This document shows positions 27,456-40,895 of a stretch of 64,000 nt of DNA, in pieces. Source of the DNA: Ruditapes philippinarum (taxonomy: Eukaryota); contig NW_026852876.1 of NCBI RefSeq assembly GCF_026571515.1, positions 1 to 64,000 on the forward strand, read 5' to 3'. The notes beneath the pieces were generated by a model. The model made no database searches and was not told the origin of the DNA. It saw only the letters and a list, made by a program, of their open reading frames with translations. A program made the translations under genes and the position numbers. The first letter of the stretch is position 1; the number at the start of each line of letters is the position of its first letter.

Positions 27456-27852
27456 AGGGACTCCACTGAGTTTTTCATTTATTTATTTTTTTGCTTTCTT
27501 TGTTCTTTGTTTTCTCTCCTTTTTTTTTCGTTTTTGTTTGTTTTTAACATGATGGGACTGGAAATATTTTTCGGAGGTTTGATACCATTTTATGTAGGTA
27601 AGCACCAATAACTTGTGTGTACATTTTCAGACCATTCCCTCACCCTCATATCCCAGAATAGCCAATTTTATCATTCAAAATGACCCAAAAATAAAAAACG
27701 TTGCACTCTTATTGGACTAAGAATTGCATAAACATCGATACTCAATTAATTAAATTCCGAGTATAATCCTTTGCAGATTGTTCTTCCATTTAAAATGCTT
27801 CACTTGATCTATGTAATAATTACAAACGTTATGCTGTCTCAGTGGAGCACCT
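27456..27852. mobile_element. Kolobok-like MITE (AG...CT ends, TTAA TSD), family copy 1
   Basis: TTAA|AGGGACTCCACTGAG...CTCAGTGGAGCACCT|TTAA; interior homologous to 40896-41218. Confidence 0.75.
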
Positions 27853-28640
27853 TTAAATGAAAAAAAGTTTTTTACCAATAATTCATCAAGTGCAAACGAT
27901 ATACATGATAGCATGGTAACGATGTGTTTGGTGTGAAATATATACATGTATATGTTGTTGTTGTTGTTTTTTAAATACTAATGTATAGCATATTTGCATT
28001 GCAAATATATTGTATTGATAATTTTTTTTGTATATTTTTGTACGATTATGAACCATGTAGATGTTAAAGTTAAAATAAAATTATGCTTTATTCTGTTCTA
28101 TATTCTTTTATACGGCGAATTTCTATTCAACAGTAATAATTTCCGTTATTTCATCTTAATTTAACACCTTTCACACCATACAATTTATTTTTCTGACGCA
28201 TTTAAAGTAATCATTTCATAGTAAACCGGAGATTTTGACATAAATATATCTAAAGTGCGGATTATTTTTTACCAAATCTTCTATCAAACCTTTCTTATTA
28301 TGTTTGAATAGGTCAAAACTGCATATTCAATAAAATGGATTGATATAGAGATCCGCCGTAACAAAATTCAAAGAGGATAGATTGATTTAGTTGTGAAAGC
28401 TCTTGGCAAATATCGATTAGCAAGCTCATTTCAGTCGTATATCAAAATGAAGTCATGTTCACGCGATATCTTACTTATCTCTAATAAAATTTATAAAAAA
28501 ATAACTTTATACATGTAATATCATAAAAAATACTGAATTTGTTTTATGAACGTTTCTAATTACAATTTGTTTCTAGTCGGAACTAAAGATAACGACAGTT
28601 CTCACTACTTCTTTCCTTCCCACTCCCACTCCCACCCTTC

Positions 28641-28676
<36 letters not shown>
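28641..28676. repeat. (AAT)12 microsatellite
   Basis: Perfect AAT run. Confidence 0.9.
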
Positions 28677-28677
<1 letters not shown>

Positions 28678-30231
28678 GAAAAAAAACACCAAAAAAAACA
28701 AACAAAACACGAAATGCATGTATAACATAACTTTACTTTAAGTGCAATATTTAGATGACTTATACAGCATGTGCATTAAACATACATATTACATGCACTT
28801 ATAAATACTTACATGATCTCAAGTACGCATTTTACAAGCATTATAATACTTCTTTATAGCTTTAAAAAAAAAGTCGTAAAATTTTATATTACGTACACTG
28901 CGATTTTATTTTTCAAAACAGTCTACATTGAAGTGTTTAAAATGACGTTTTTGACATGTGCCATGAGTATTAATAAAACGAAATACCCTATAAACATCGG
29001 CATTTTTATTATTAAAAAAAGAAAAAACTAACTGGTAAATAATAGACCACCGTACATACACATGAAATGGCACAAACAGATAAACAAAGTCGTCATTTTT
29101 ATTAAACAAAGTTTATCGCAGTTGTGTTGAATATAAAAGACCCGTGTGAACGTGGCCTGACTACATATACTCGGTTGCTTTTCAAATGAAAAACTTCAGT
29201 TTTGTTCATGCTTAAATAGTGGAACAGTATATATGGAAATGAAGAAATCATGAGATTAAACTTTGATAAGTGACATCTTAGCAACAGAGTTTTCATAAAC
29301 AACAGTTGGAAATTCATTTAAAAAAAAAACAAGGTATATTTTATAATATATTTTCTTACTAAAACTGTCAAATTTGTTTTCAAATTATGTATTAATTGTA
29401 AACATCATTTTATGTACATTTTTACAATTGATTAAACATGATCTCTCTATGAATATATACAGCTTTTGTGGACAATATAGGAAATCTAAAAAGCTTAGAA
29501 AAAATCAATTACTTTGCCATGACAAAAAATATTTATATCTATTGTTGTATGACGGTTATATATAAGTCGCACTTTTATTTCCAAGATGAAAACTTATAAG
29601 ATAAATTCTGATTTCTATATATATAGACGTAACTGCACAATGTCATAATGTCCAAATTAACCACGGAATAGAACAACCCTTAGACAATATTTACATTTCT
29701 GACGATATATTATATAATGTTCTTTTGTACACATTGATCAACTGGATTAAACTGCCAAAATATTAAACAAACATTTGCTTTTAATATCAATTTACTAATA
29801 AGGCCAGTTTTTACGCAAGTACTTATAGGCGAATGGTTATTTAGGTGTCTGTAATCCCCACGTGACCTTTCTGATCAGATTATTGAAACAAAAGAATGAA
29901 ATAATACTCTCACATGCACTGACCGTTCAAGGCATTGATGCTTAGTGTGTTATTGCCAAAAATCTCAACTGAACCAACAATTTAATAATGCCCTCAAGTG
30001 CATGTATCACACAGTGAAAGTAACTTGATATTTTAGGTATATAAATGTTAGATGCAGGATGAATAAACGGTAATTATAAAATTTGATATGTGTTTTATTA
30101 CTTTATAGACTTGTATTTCTTTATTCTGTCGTACATAGTATATATTAGTTTAATCAAATGTACAAAAAAGATAGAAATGAAAATCCGTTGAACGGGTGTT
30201 TTCTGACATGACGTTGTTTGATCTGATATCA

Positions 30232-30299
30232 TGACGTCATGATTGACGTATCTGAAATATATAATAGTGTCTGATTAACATCATGTCGTTTTTAGCAAC
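30232..30299 (+). promoter_or_regulatory. Candidate promoter of Tctex1-domain gene 1: CRE plus RFX X-box
   Basis: Perfect TGACGTCA at 30232-30239 with flanking TGACGT half sites; GTTTTTAGCAAC at 30288-30299, ~280 bp upstream of the ATG. Confidence 0.5.
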
Positions 30300-30577
30300 G
30301 AAAACACGAAAATAAGAACATACGAAAAGTCCGAAATAGATATATTTGTATGTTCACATTCTTTGGGCGAAATGACGACGAAATCAGGCAAAGTATATGT
30401 AAGACACATATGTTTGGCTGTGTATTTTCGCATTTTTCGAATTAATGAAAAGAACATGTTTATATACTGTAGGACTTGTGATTACATGTTCCATGTTGTT
30501 TTTTCTGCATCTTCCGTTAGTATATACCTTCTGTTTACGATATTTGTCTTTGCAGAAACCGCCCAGGATCAATTAAA

Positions 30578-31189
30578 ATGGCAAAGGTCCAATCTTTGAC
30601 ATCCGAGAACCTGGACCATCACTCAGATCATAGCTCTAAACGTCATTCTGTTTATGCAAGAGAAGGAAGTGACGTCCCAACCGCCTTAACAACACATCCA
30701 AGCATGCGCCGTATGTCGAAATTCGAGCCTCGGCAAAGTGTTCAATACAGCCGACGTATGTCAACGGTGTCGCGCACTAGCATAACCGGAAGTTCTATTG
30801 GACATAAACACATTGGACTGTTTCCAATGAAATTGCAAAATACGTATAAATTGCAACCGGATTCCAACGAGCTGTTCAAACCCGGTCCAGTCCGTGAAGT
30901 TATTCAGGAAGTGTTAAACGAGTGTCTAGATGGCGAGAAGTACAACCCGACACAATGTCGAAATTTGTCTCAAATGTTAACAGATCTCATAAAATCTAGG
31001 GTTAAGGACATGGGATGTAACCGTTACAAATATATTGTTACAGTAACCCTTGGTCAAAACTGTAACCAAGGACTACAAGTTGTAAGTCGATGCCTTTGGA
31101 ATAAGGACACGGACAATTATGCCGAAGCACATTACAACAAAGATGGATTATACGCAGTTGCTGCCGTGTACGCCGTCTATTTTGAGTAA
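30578..31189 (+). CDS. Tctex1-domain dynein light chain (DYNLT4/DYNLT5, TCTEX1D-like), paralog 1, 203 aa
   Basis: Single-exon ORF with a C-terminal Tctex-1 domain (NTYKLQP...F...V...L...Y...IKSRVK...RYKYIVTV...QGLQVVSRCLWNKDTDNYA...AVAAVYAVYFE); splice acceptor TTTGCAG just upstream of the ATG. Confidence 0.93.
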   Translation: MAKVQSLTSENLDHHSDHSSKRHSVYAREGSDVPTALTTHPSMRRMSKFEPRQSVQYSRRMSTVSRTSITGSSIGHKHIGLFPMKLQNTYKLQPDSNELFKPGPVREVIQEVLNECLDGEKYNPTQCRNLSQMLTDLIKSRVKDMGCNRYKYIVTVTLGQNCNQGLQVVSRCLWNKDTDNYAEAHYNKDGLYAVAAVYAVYFE

Positions 31190-32477
31190 ATAGTTCTGAA
31201 ACAATTTGTCGTCTGCTGAGAAAAAATAATGCGCTAATGAAGAAATGATTGATTTATATATCGATCAAGGCGTATAAATGATCACTAAAATGCGACTTAA
31301 CGATAGAAATTTTCCTCCTGAAGTAATGTGCCATGACTTGTAGACACCTAGCTAAATTTAGTAATAGAAGTAGTTGGCAATCGTTGCAAACTGTGTTGGA
31401 AATATGATTTTGCAATCTCGGACACCAGGGGATTTTTGTTGTTGTTACTTTTTGTCTTTAGCATCTTTGCATCTGTCCTTTAATTAATTTAATTTAATTA
31501 ATTTCATGATTTTTTATTGTCTGTCATTTCAATATTTATGTTTCGTACGCTTTATAATGGAACTTTAATTCTTCACGTAACCTTTAAGCTGTGTACGTTT
31601 ATAACTCCTGAAACAGCATGTAAGTTTTATCTATGTTGATAATTCTGCATATTAGGCTATTGTCAATTTATGAAGTAATTTTCGATTTTCCCGTAATAAA
31701 GTAATCCTGCTGTATTATAAATTCGTTATCAAAATGTCTGGCATGCTATATGGCCGTGTATGAAACGGTTGTTTGCAATATAACCATTCCCTAGCGGCTC
31801 CGGTTATATAAGCTTACAAGTACAACCGGTTTATATACTAAGCCATATAACCGACCAGAGATATTATAATACTGCACGTTTGTAACGTTGTAATCGTAAC
31901 ATTTTTATAGCTTTATATACACAGCTGCTGCCAATTTATAAAGAAATCTTACTTTTTCTCTAAAAAAAGGACGTTTGCATTATTAAAAATTCGTTAGCCT
32001 ACCGACTCGGGTTATATTTACAAACAGTCGTTTATATAGGGCCATATAACCTGTCTAACATCTTTATAACCAATATAACATTCGTAATTAAAACAAATAA
32101 ATTAGCAATCAGTATTTATATATTTTGTCTTAATATTTTAATTGGAATAACATATGGCTTATAAGTGTAAAATTTCAGCCGAATATTGATTTAAGACAAT
32201 TATCTCTTGGGTTAAATTTTATTTATAAAATAAACATTTAAATCTATTTCCAGTGGCTTTGAAGGTTTATTCTCAGTGATAGAACATGCCAATCGTTGTT
32301 CAAATAAAGAAAAAAATGGCAATTTACGGGTATTAATAAAAATTGTTTTACAAAAAACAAATACCACGATAAAATAAACAATTATCAGTGGATCGCTGTG
32401 ACATCTTTTAAGTTTTCTTTTGTGGGGAAAAACGGTGTATACAATTTAAATTTTCGCTTTGCTTTAAAGGATTATAG

Positions 32478-32741
32478 GACGGTGGAACAATGGTGACATG
32501 TGTGTGTTTTTATTTAACTCGTGCGCACGAGATACTACGTCGTGGCCACGAATTACTAAGTCGTGACTAACTCGTTACTAACTCGTGTAAACGACATAGT
32601 ATCTCGTGGCCACGACATAGTATCTCGTGGTCACGACTAAATTATCTCGTGGCCACTACTTAGTAACTCGTGGCCACGACATAGTATTTCGTGCGCACGA
32701 GATAAATAAAAGCACACACATGTCACATTTGTGCCACCGTA
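32478..32741. mobile_element. IS3EU-like MITE ((T)ACGG...CCGTA termini, 6-bp TSD TTATAG)
   Basis: Inverted ends ACGGTGGAACAATGGTGACATGTGTGTG / CACACACATGTCACATTTGTGCCACCGTA; internal ~21-bp CTCGTGGCCACGA repeats; TTATAG at 32472-32477 and 32742-32747. Confidence 0.75.
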
Positions 32742-33859
32742 TTATAGGGTAAGAAATAAACGGGAACCATAGTGGGTATATAATGTACCAAACATCTCGG
32801 TTACTTATCCGAAGTTTGACGGAAAGAGCCGAGAAGAGGCGATTGGTCCAAAGTGTAATGATTTCGACATCGAGAAGTTGCGTTAAATATTTTCTCCATG
32901 CGCATATTAACGATCACAAAATTGTTGGCAACCTTTGCCAATAAAGTTTAACATTAATTTTACAAATCAATCTTCCTTCATAAATAATTGAATTCTAAAG
33001 AGCTTTTTTCCATTAGGATATCGGCAGAAGAATTTTTTCCCCTTTTTTCAGCGGAACTTCGTAACTTTTATCAAAAGAAAACAATAAACCCATTGCTCGC
33101 AATGACTATACAATATGCAAAAAAGTGACATATATTGTATACTGGTCGTAAAAGCTGTTTTCAAACCATTACATTACCAGCAGTAGGCGGTGCTGCGAGT
33201 ATTTACCAACTGTCGCAATAATAACAGTAATAATGAAAATACAAAATTTTCGCACGTTGTTAAGAATGAATCGATCATGCTTTTAACACCGAAATGTTTA
33301 AATTTTGATCAGTTTATTGAACGCCTTTAAGGTATTCAAATATAAAGACGGCTTCAATAAGCTGTTCAAGTAGTGATTATAATATAAACGCAGTGCACTA
33401 TCTAAAATCGGTTAAGGTTTATAGATGTGTACGTAACTGATCAACTCTAACCAATAACAGTTCTTTAGTAAAGATCATCAAATCGCCGGCACTACACAAA
33501 TTACTTATTTTAAACAAAACAATTGATAATTAAAGCTTTTTGTATACTATGAAATTATAGTAGCGTCGTTGAGGCCCCGCATTTAGATTTTATGATACAA
33601 TATAATGTAAACATTAAAACGGTGCAGTATTTTAATTGCACAACTTGCCTCGTGCTGACATACATCAAAGAGGTAACCGCTTCTTACCATAAACTTAAAT
33701 CACTTACTTACAAAAACTAAGACGTTTTTATATCAAAAATTAAATACATTATGAAAAGCACCCGTAGAGATACACGTATCTGAAGCACGCGTTACATCCG
33801 ATCATTTTATACTTTTCTTGGGAGCCTAATTATTTCAACTTGAAACTTTCTTGCTATAA

Positions 33860-34157
33860 TGGTGGCGATTTTTTCACTCCGGATCACGACAGTAAGTCAC
33901 ATTGGATTTACCAGAGTACAGTTCAGTCATCGCCTCGTTTCTAGGCATACTGCCAAGCAGTTTGCCAGTACTAGCTGCCATCACTCATGCAAGGAACTGA
34001 TAACCTCTGTACATACCAGAGCAGAGGTACAGTGCGAATGACCGTAGAAGGAATTCCATGATTAATAACAACGAAAGTGACCTGCACTGTCTGGGAATCA
34101 AACCAGGATTGCCTGATTCAAAGCCCAACGCTCTACCTATTGAGCTAATCGGGCGGC
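33860..34157 (-). mobile_element. tRNA-derived SINE
   Basis: Minus strand begins GCCGCCCGATTAGCTCAATAGGTAGAGCG (A box)...GGTTTGATTCCC (B box), followed by a non-tRNA body. Confidence 0.65.
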
Positions 34158-34812
34158 TTTCTTACGATAACAGGAAGTAGACTTGTTTATATGCTGTTAG
34201 TTCGCCTTGTGTTGAAGTTATTAAATTAAACCAAACGAATAACCTAGATAACAAGATAAATAAAGCGATCTACCTGAACTCTTTTATTAAAGAATTATTG
34301 CGTTAGTTAAGCCGTATCCACTTCTATGTCCACATGACTACATATCAGCTAAATTATTAAAGGCACATGAAGCCTTAGAAATGAATAACATTGTCTTTCA
34401 ATAGAAAGGGAAGCAATTGATTTAATTAGAACATGTAGGATGCTTTATGCCCGGAGTATGTGAAATTATTTGTGATAAAAATAGCAAAATGTAAACAAAG
34501 TGGCATTTTGACTTCCATACGTCATTTTAAATCACTGTAATGGTACTCATTGCCAAAATGCAAACGAAGCAATATATGGAAAAGCTATATGTCTTTGTAA
34601 ACTGTAACACGATGTTAAAAGAGAAAAGATTAAAAAAAATAAAATATAAGCATTTTAAGGCTTACTGGGCCTTTAATTGTAGAAAAAAAAAGACAATGAT
34701 TGTTTTAAAAATAAACATCAATTTTATATCGCGCCGCGCCTCATCCATTCACAGTCAATTGATACACGCAAATTTATCAAATTTATCAACTATTGTTTAA
34801 CAAATAACCGGA

Positions 34813-34843
34813 TGTTTACCATGCACCACCGTTACTATGGAAC
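34813..34843 (+). promoter_or_regulatory. Candidate promoter of Tctex1-domain gene 2: forkhead-like site plus RFX X-box
   Basis: TGTTTAC (~34813) and GTTACTATGGAAC (34831-34843), upstream of a strong donor AAG|GTAAGT at ~35009 that could splice to the TTTCAG acceptor at ~36369. Confidence 0.45.
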
Positions 34844-36419
34844 TTGACATACATGGGGTTATCTTTTTTTATTTCAAAACAAAAAGTGGAAGGAAGCTTT
34901 CTGAACATAATTAGCATCAATTACGAAAACTTCTGAAAGGAAATTATTTATTTTTATGGAATTGTACCAGAAGAAGACCTTTTAACAGAGATAATTGGTT
35001 TTTATAAAGGTAAGTCCGCTGTTAAGGCAGTTTTATTATAGCTTTTTTTAACATTGTCGCTGCAGATGGAATCAGGAAACAGGCTGCAAGAAGCAAACCA
35101 CGAATTACCAAGTTATTACTAGTCTTAACAAAAATGTATCTAAAATTCAGTTTCAAAATGCTACCAATACGATCAAAGTTCTGATATTCTTACGGCTTCA
35201 TGTAGCATATAGCATTATTTAGGGGCTGATTTCAATCAGATTGTAAATGCATCTAAAAAATTCAGAAAGTTTTTTACAAACTAAAATGTATCGCTGCTGC
35301 TGAATCTAAAGGGTTGATCAGTTTAACCTAGCATACGTTCCATTGAAACACTCTATTTCCCTTCCAATACCCAATAAGGTTTCCAGAGGGAAATCACAAT
35401 TTTTAAAATTTAAAGTATCCCCCGAAATGCCCACAAAACATTGTTCTTAGAAAAGCCCGACTTTCATAATCGCACCGAAACCAGCCTCCAATGTTGATCT
35501 TTATTTCTAATATAATTGTTAAACAATTTTGAAACAGCACCATCCAAGCAACATTCCTTTGATTTTTTGCTGGTGTAGGAGAGAAGAGTGTACGGACATG
35601 CATAAATATCAGATTTACACTAAACGGATGTTCCTCCGATTTGTCTGTTTAAACTTTGATTTTCTTTTGCAAAATTTACATCGAAATGTTTTGTTTTACG
35701 GAACGACTGTGATGTTCAACACTAACCTTACGTACTGAGCATGTACGGACGGGCGAACGGACCGACGGGAAGTGAGTGATCATAATAGATCACAATGAGC
35801 TTGTTGTGCTCTTGCGAGATAACTAGACAAAATGGCGTGGTTTACGTGTCAAATCAAGTTCTATTCTCTCATGAACACAATTAAGCTATTACATTTTCAG
35901 TTGCAGTTCTACCCCGCTTATAAAACTATTGCTTCTGGTGTTCACTGGGTAAAATATATATTTAGACATAACACTTGAACAAACACACTCCCTCTATTTC
36001 TAAATGTCTTACAGTAGTATCTACATTGAGATGTAACCTGATTTTTTCTATATCTATGCATGGACACAAACGTAATGTCACATTGGTTAATCAGATCATT
36101 CCTGATTTCAATATTATTCGCTTCAAAATTTGACGGGAAGAGATAACGGCAATAAGTGTGCGATACAAGTGGTTTACTGATGATAGGATAATCTAAATCT
36201 GTTTGGTTAATGATTAACATTGACAAGAAACTCCTAACCTTCCGTGATAAATTTTGTTCATTATTTACAGCCATGAAAGACGGAATTGTTCTCATTGAAT
36301 TATTTCACTAGTGTATAATTGTTAATGTATGCAAACCAGTCTCATAAATTTGGTACTTTTTTGTTTCAGAACGACGTGTTACCTGACACGAAACTCTTCA
36401 ACTTGTTCAAAAACTTGAA

Positions 36420-37028
36420 ATGCCGCCAAAACCTCAACAGCCACGAAGACTCACAAGGGAGAATATAGAAAACCACAGTGAGAGCATGGCTCGTAAATCG
36501 TTCAGTGAAGACTTACCCAGCCATGTTCCTCTCCCACAAACAACACAACCACAGATGCGTCGCCAGTCCAAGTTTGATGCACGTCTGATGCACATGAGCC
36601 AGGATAGACGCTTTTCAACCGTTTCTCGGACAAGTATTTCCGGTGCGTCGCAGACGACAAAAACAGGACCGCCGGTGAAATACGAAAACACATACAGGAC
36701 TGAACCAGACGCTAAATTTGAATCTTACAAAGTTAAAAATGTTATGACTCAGACATTGAGGGAATGGCTTACCGGTGTGGAATATTCACCTAATGTGAGA
36801 AAGCTTACTACAGGTCTAACAGACGAGATTAAAAAGCGCGTGAAGGCGCTTGGATTTCAGCGCTATAAGTTTGTTGTCACGGTAACGATATGTCAAGATG
36901 CAAAACAAAGTATGCAAATGGTTAGTAGGTGTATGTGGAATAAAGACACTGACAATTTCTCTGAAGCCGTTTTCAAGACGGCAGACCTCCATGCTGTAGC
37001 AACACTTTACGCATGCTACTTTGAGTAA
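36420..37028 (+). CDS. Tctex1-domain dynein light chain (DYNLT4/DYNLT5, TCTEX1D-like), paralog 2, 202 aa
   Basis: Single-exon ORF with a Tctex-1 domain (YENTYRTEP...IKKRVKALGFQRYKFVVTV...SRCMWNKDTDNFS...AVATLYACYFE); collinear with paralog 1 including the STVSRTSI motif. Confidence 0.93.
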   Translation: MPPKPQQPRRLTRENIENHSESMARKSFSEDLPSHVPLPQTTQPQMRRQSKFDARLMHMSQDRRFSTVSRTSISGASQTTKTGPPVKYENTYRTEPDAKFESYKVKNVMTQTLREWLTGVEYSPNVRKLTTGLTDEIKKRVKALGFQRYKFVVTVTICQDAKQSMQMVSRCMWNKDTDNFSEAVFKTADLHAVATLYACYFE

Positions 37029-37202
37029 CGCATCGACACATGTGACTTTTAAAGACTATGTTCATTATACTAATGTTCAGTATTGGCATTTTTCATTTTA
37101 TAAACAATATACTTTCATTAAATTACGCACAATGTATTTTATAGACATTAATTAAAACATAATATGCATATGTAATTGAAATGATTTCAAACCTTGCCTT
37201 TC

Positions 37203-37307
37203 ATACAAATTTATGCGAGTAAAACATCTGCGTGTTGTATATTTCGCAAATTGAAATACAAATTTATGCGAGTAAAACATCTGCGTGTTGTATATTTCGC
37301 AAATTGA
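37203..37307. repeat. 53-bp direct tandem duplication
   Basis: ATACAAATTTATGCGAGTAAAACATCTGCGTGTTGTATATTTCGCAAATTGA present twice. Confidence 0.9.
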
Positions 37308-38569
37308 GTATTATGTTAAATAAGGCACTTATTTAGACATACAGATCTTCATAAATGTCTTTCTACATCACTTTAAATACAGATATTTTGCTTCCTTTTA
37401 TGTCCTTGAAGGATTTTCTTCAAATGTTCACCTTAACAAGGGGATGTGCAGAACCTATGCCGCCGCTGTGCAAACTCATGCTCAAAGTTACCTTGAATGT
37501 CAAATATTAGACAATTCGCTCTTAAAATTCTATACTCCTTGCGGCATTTTCTCTAAACTTGGCTAAAATATCACCTCAACAAGGCAATGTGCAAAAACCC
37601 ATGCTACCACTGCAGGACTCAAAATCAAGGTCATCCGAGCTTGAAGGTAAAAATTACAACATTTGGTATCTTGCACTAAAAATTATATACTTTTCAAATG
37701 ATTTTTTTCAATACAAAATTAATAGCAGATTGCACTACATAATACCCTGTGTCATAGAGATCAGGACGGGTACATGTATTCGTTACTCCTGTGGCAGATC
37801 TAGCTTCAAGTTCAGCCCCGAGTTATGCTATGTGCTTCATCCATATTAGGAAATGTTTTAAATAACAATTCATTCGAGGCAAGAGATGATTATTTCCATC
37901 ACACAGTCTTATTTTATCTATTTAAATATTGCATCTTTTATACTTGGCTATTGAACTCCTACCAACTGTTGCTTGCCATTTCATGTGCTAGGGGGTGTTT
38001 CGCCCGATACTGAGCGGTCTGGAGGATAAACAGAATTTACCATAACCGCCTATGAAAAGGCAACAAAAATTGACAAAGTTCTATAAACTTTTCATCACAT
38101 TTAATTGATAAATACATAAACACAAAGTGTATATATGAAATTTATAACTTAATATCTAACATATTGCATTTTTATCTATCCCTTCTACCTACATTAAGAA
38201 TTAAATTACACAAAACATTCTGACAATTTCTGGTGAAGATCAAATCAAATTGTGACCTGGATAGAGATAATTTGGTTTCTACTCGAGTTAACAGGATTTG
38301 AACAAACAGTGGTGAGGGCCAAGTGATTTAATGTCAACCTTACCAACTGGCCATGGGGACAGCTATCCAGCTAGCTTAGAGTTAGTGGTTGTACACATAT
38401 GCCCGTTTGTGTCTGAAATAAAGCATGAAGGGGCACCTTGTTGGTGTAACTTAAAATCAAACAAAAAAAAACCAAACAATATCAATTGAATACTGATATC
38501 AGTGATCATATGTATGTAAGGCACGCAGTGAGATATAGTGAAGTAGAAGTAGCATTATCACATTAACAA

Positions 38570-38790
38570 AGCAAGCACAATATGAATCCAATGAAGAGAG
38601 TAATGATAACTGCAAGCACAGTATGATTCCACTTAAGAGAATTAACACTGTGATAACTGCAAGCACAGTGTTACTTCATTTAAGAGAGTTATCAAAGTGA
38701 TAACTACAAGTACAATGTGACTCTACTAACAAGAGTTATCACTGTGATAACTTAAAGCACAATATAAATCTGTATAGAGTTATCATCCTG
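38570..38790. repeat. Degenerate ~47-bp minisatellite
   Basis: About five copies of GATAACTGCAAGCACA...AAGAGAGTTA-like units. Confidence 0.65.
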
Positions 38791-39675
38791 AGAAATATGA
38801 TTTATTAAAATTCTGAGATGATAAACAGTCACAATGTTATAGAACAAGAAGGTCATTAAGGCCCTGGATGGCTCATCTGAAAATCTGAGAGATCAAACTC
38901 TGAGTTAAGTGTACAAATAAAATAAGTTTGAAAACTGAAGTACAAAGTATTTCAATGTAAAAGATTACATCATACACAAAACTGTGATTTAAATTTGAAG
39001 TCCATAGATTGAAAAATGTGAAGTACACAATTCATGAAGAATTTGAGCTTTTCCTTATAACTTAAGTTTACCCTACAAACTACTGGTGTGGTCAATTTAA
39101 ACCAAGGATAGTTTTATTCATATAACTTTTGTACAGGACCACTAGACAATGCTATATATAAGCTTGAAGTCACATACATTCAAAAAGGAAGACTTAAAAA
39201 ACAGTTTCAAAAGGAAGACTTAAAAAAGTTTTCAATATTAGTCTATACAAATTACATGACCCTTTGGATATGGCCATGTTTGACCAACTGGATCTCTCCA
39301 GTTTATATAATAAACAAAGTTCATAGTCAAATGATAACTTTTCCTTACACAATCAAACCATGATGGCCTAGAAAGGAGACACCTGTTTCGCCATTTTCCA
39401 GAATCATAAGATTCTATATTTGGATCAGCCATTTTTCAGAATCATAACTCCTAGAAACCATATTTGGATCAGGTTTCCATAATATTTAATTAAAGAACTC
39501 AGCTGCTTATTCAAGTATTGTGCAAATTTTATGCAGACAAACAGTTGAGGATCCCTGCCAATAAAACAGTCACCAACCATAAAAGCTTACATAAGCACAA
39601 AAAGCTGAGGTAAGTGATAAACATATAACAAGACATGTCCATGGACAGCAAGCTCCACTTTTCTCAGTGATAAAT

Positions 39676-39897
39676 GAGCCGTGTCATGACAAAACCAACA
39701 TAATGGGTTTGCGACCAGCATGGATCCAGACCAGCCTGCTCATCTGTGCAGTCTGATCAGGATCCACACTGTTCCCTATCAGTTTCTCTACTTGTTGCGA
39801 ACAGCATGGATCCTGATCAGACTGCGCGAATGCGCAGGCTGGTCTGAATCCATGCTGGTCGCAAACGCACTATGTTGGTTTTGTCATGACGTGGCTC
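39676..39897. mobile_element. Hairpin MITE, Sola-like (GAG...CTC ends, 4-bp TSD AAAT), copy 1
   Basis: Nearly full-length palindrome GAGCCGTGTCATGACAAAACCAACATA...TATGTTGGTTTTGTCATGACGTGGCTC flanked by AAAT on both sides. Confidence 0.8.
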
Positions 39898-40150
39898 AAA
39901 TACAGAACAATTAGAACAAAGTAAAGAAGGAGAAATAACTCTTAAAGTGCTTGGCAGACTTACCTGCCCTTGACTACAGATCCAGATTATCAATATTCAT
40001 ATAAATGCAAAGGTACACAGAATTTAATAATCTTTGATAGTTTTGAAATAAAAATGCTTATTTAACAGCATTGCAATAGCAAGAAATAATACCACAACCT
40101 CAGCTTAATAAGAAGACATAAAGCTTGACAAACATTAAAGGCATATTTAA

Positions 40151-40479
40151 AGCTGCATGCTTTCAGATGTGTCAAAAATATTTCAAGAAAATAAAACTTG
40201 TGAAAAATGTACTCTGATTTTAAGAAAATGATTCAAGAAACAAGTAATAATTTGCATGTTATGTGTGATTAATGACTGATTTTGCAATATTTATCACCTT
40301 ATTTCTACTGTGTGACTATCACAGTAAGGGCTATTTTTGCACATTTTGACATCTTTTTTGTTCATTTATGTGGAATGTAAGTACTGTTTGCAATGTATAG
40401 TTTACTTCACATTATGTTACTTTTAAATGCATTTTAAAAATTTTCATTAAAATAAACATGAATCTGGAGGCATGCTGCT
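40151..40479. mobile_element. Kolobok-like MITE (TTAA TSD), second family
   Basis: TTAA|AGCTGCATGCTTTCAGAT...ATCTGGAGGCATGCTGCT|TTAA. Confidence 0.65.
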
Positions 40480-40895
40480 TTAAATGGGGAGTGTCATTAT
40501 TACTTGTAATAAATGAACAAGTTATAAACTAAATATTAACTTAATTACCCTTGGCAATCAAAACAACTATTTTATTTGGACACGAGATTATGACAACTTT
40601 TGTATAGAGTATCACATGTTTATTTTATGTAAGATTTACAATTTCCTAAAAGGCTTCCAAAATTTAGGTGAAATATACTTTCTTTTTCAAAGAAATCTAC
40701 CCATAGGTATAATGTTTACATTTCAAAAATGTACATCCATTTATTTACAAACTAAAAAATGTATCAATATTTATAATATATATAAATATATAATAATATA
40801 TAAATAATCAAGAAAATACAAAAGTTGCACATGCAAGCTTTTATACTGTTACAAAACTGTTGGAATGGCATTTTACTTGAAATATTAAGTCTTAA

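Noticed and set aside
34075-34157. Possible tRNA gene on the minus strand
   Set aside because: A and B boxes are present but the acceptor and anticodon stems do not pair properly, and the sequence continues into a repeat body; treated as a SINE head.
36434-36693. Antisense ORFs over Tctex gene 2 (likewise 13889-14199 over FBXW9)
   Set aside because: Shadow frames of real coding exons.
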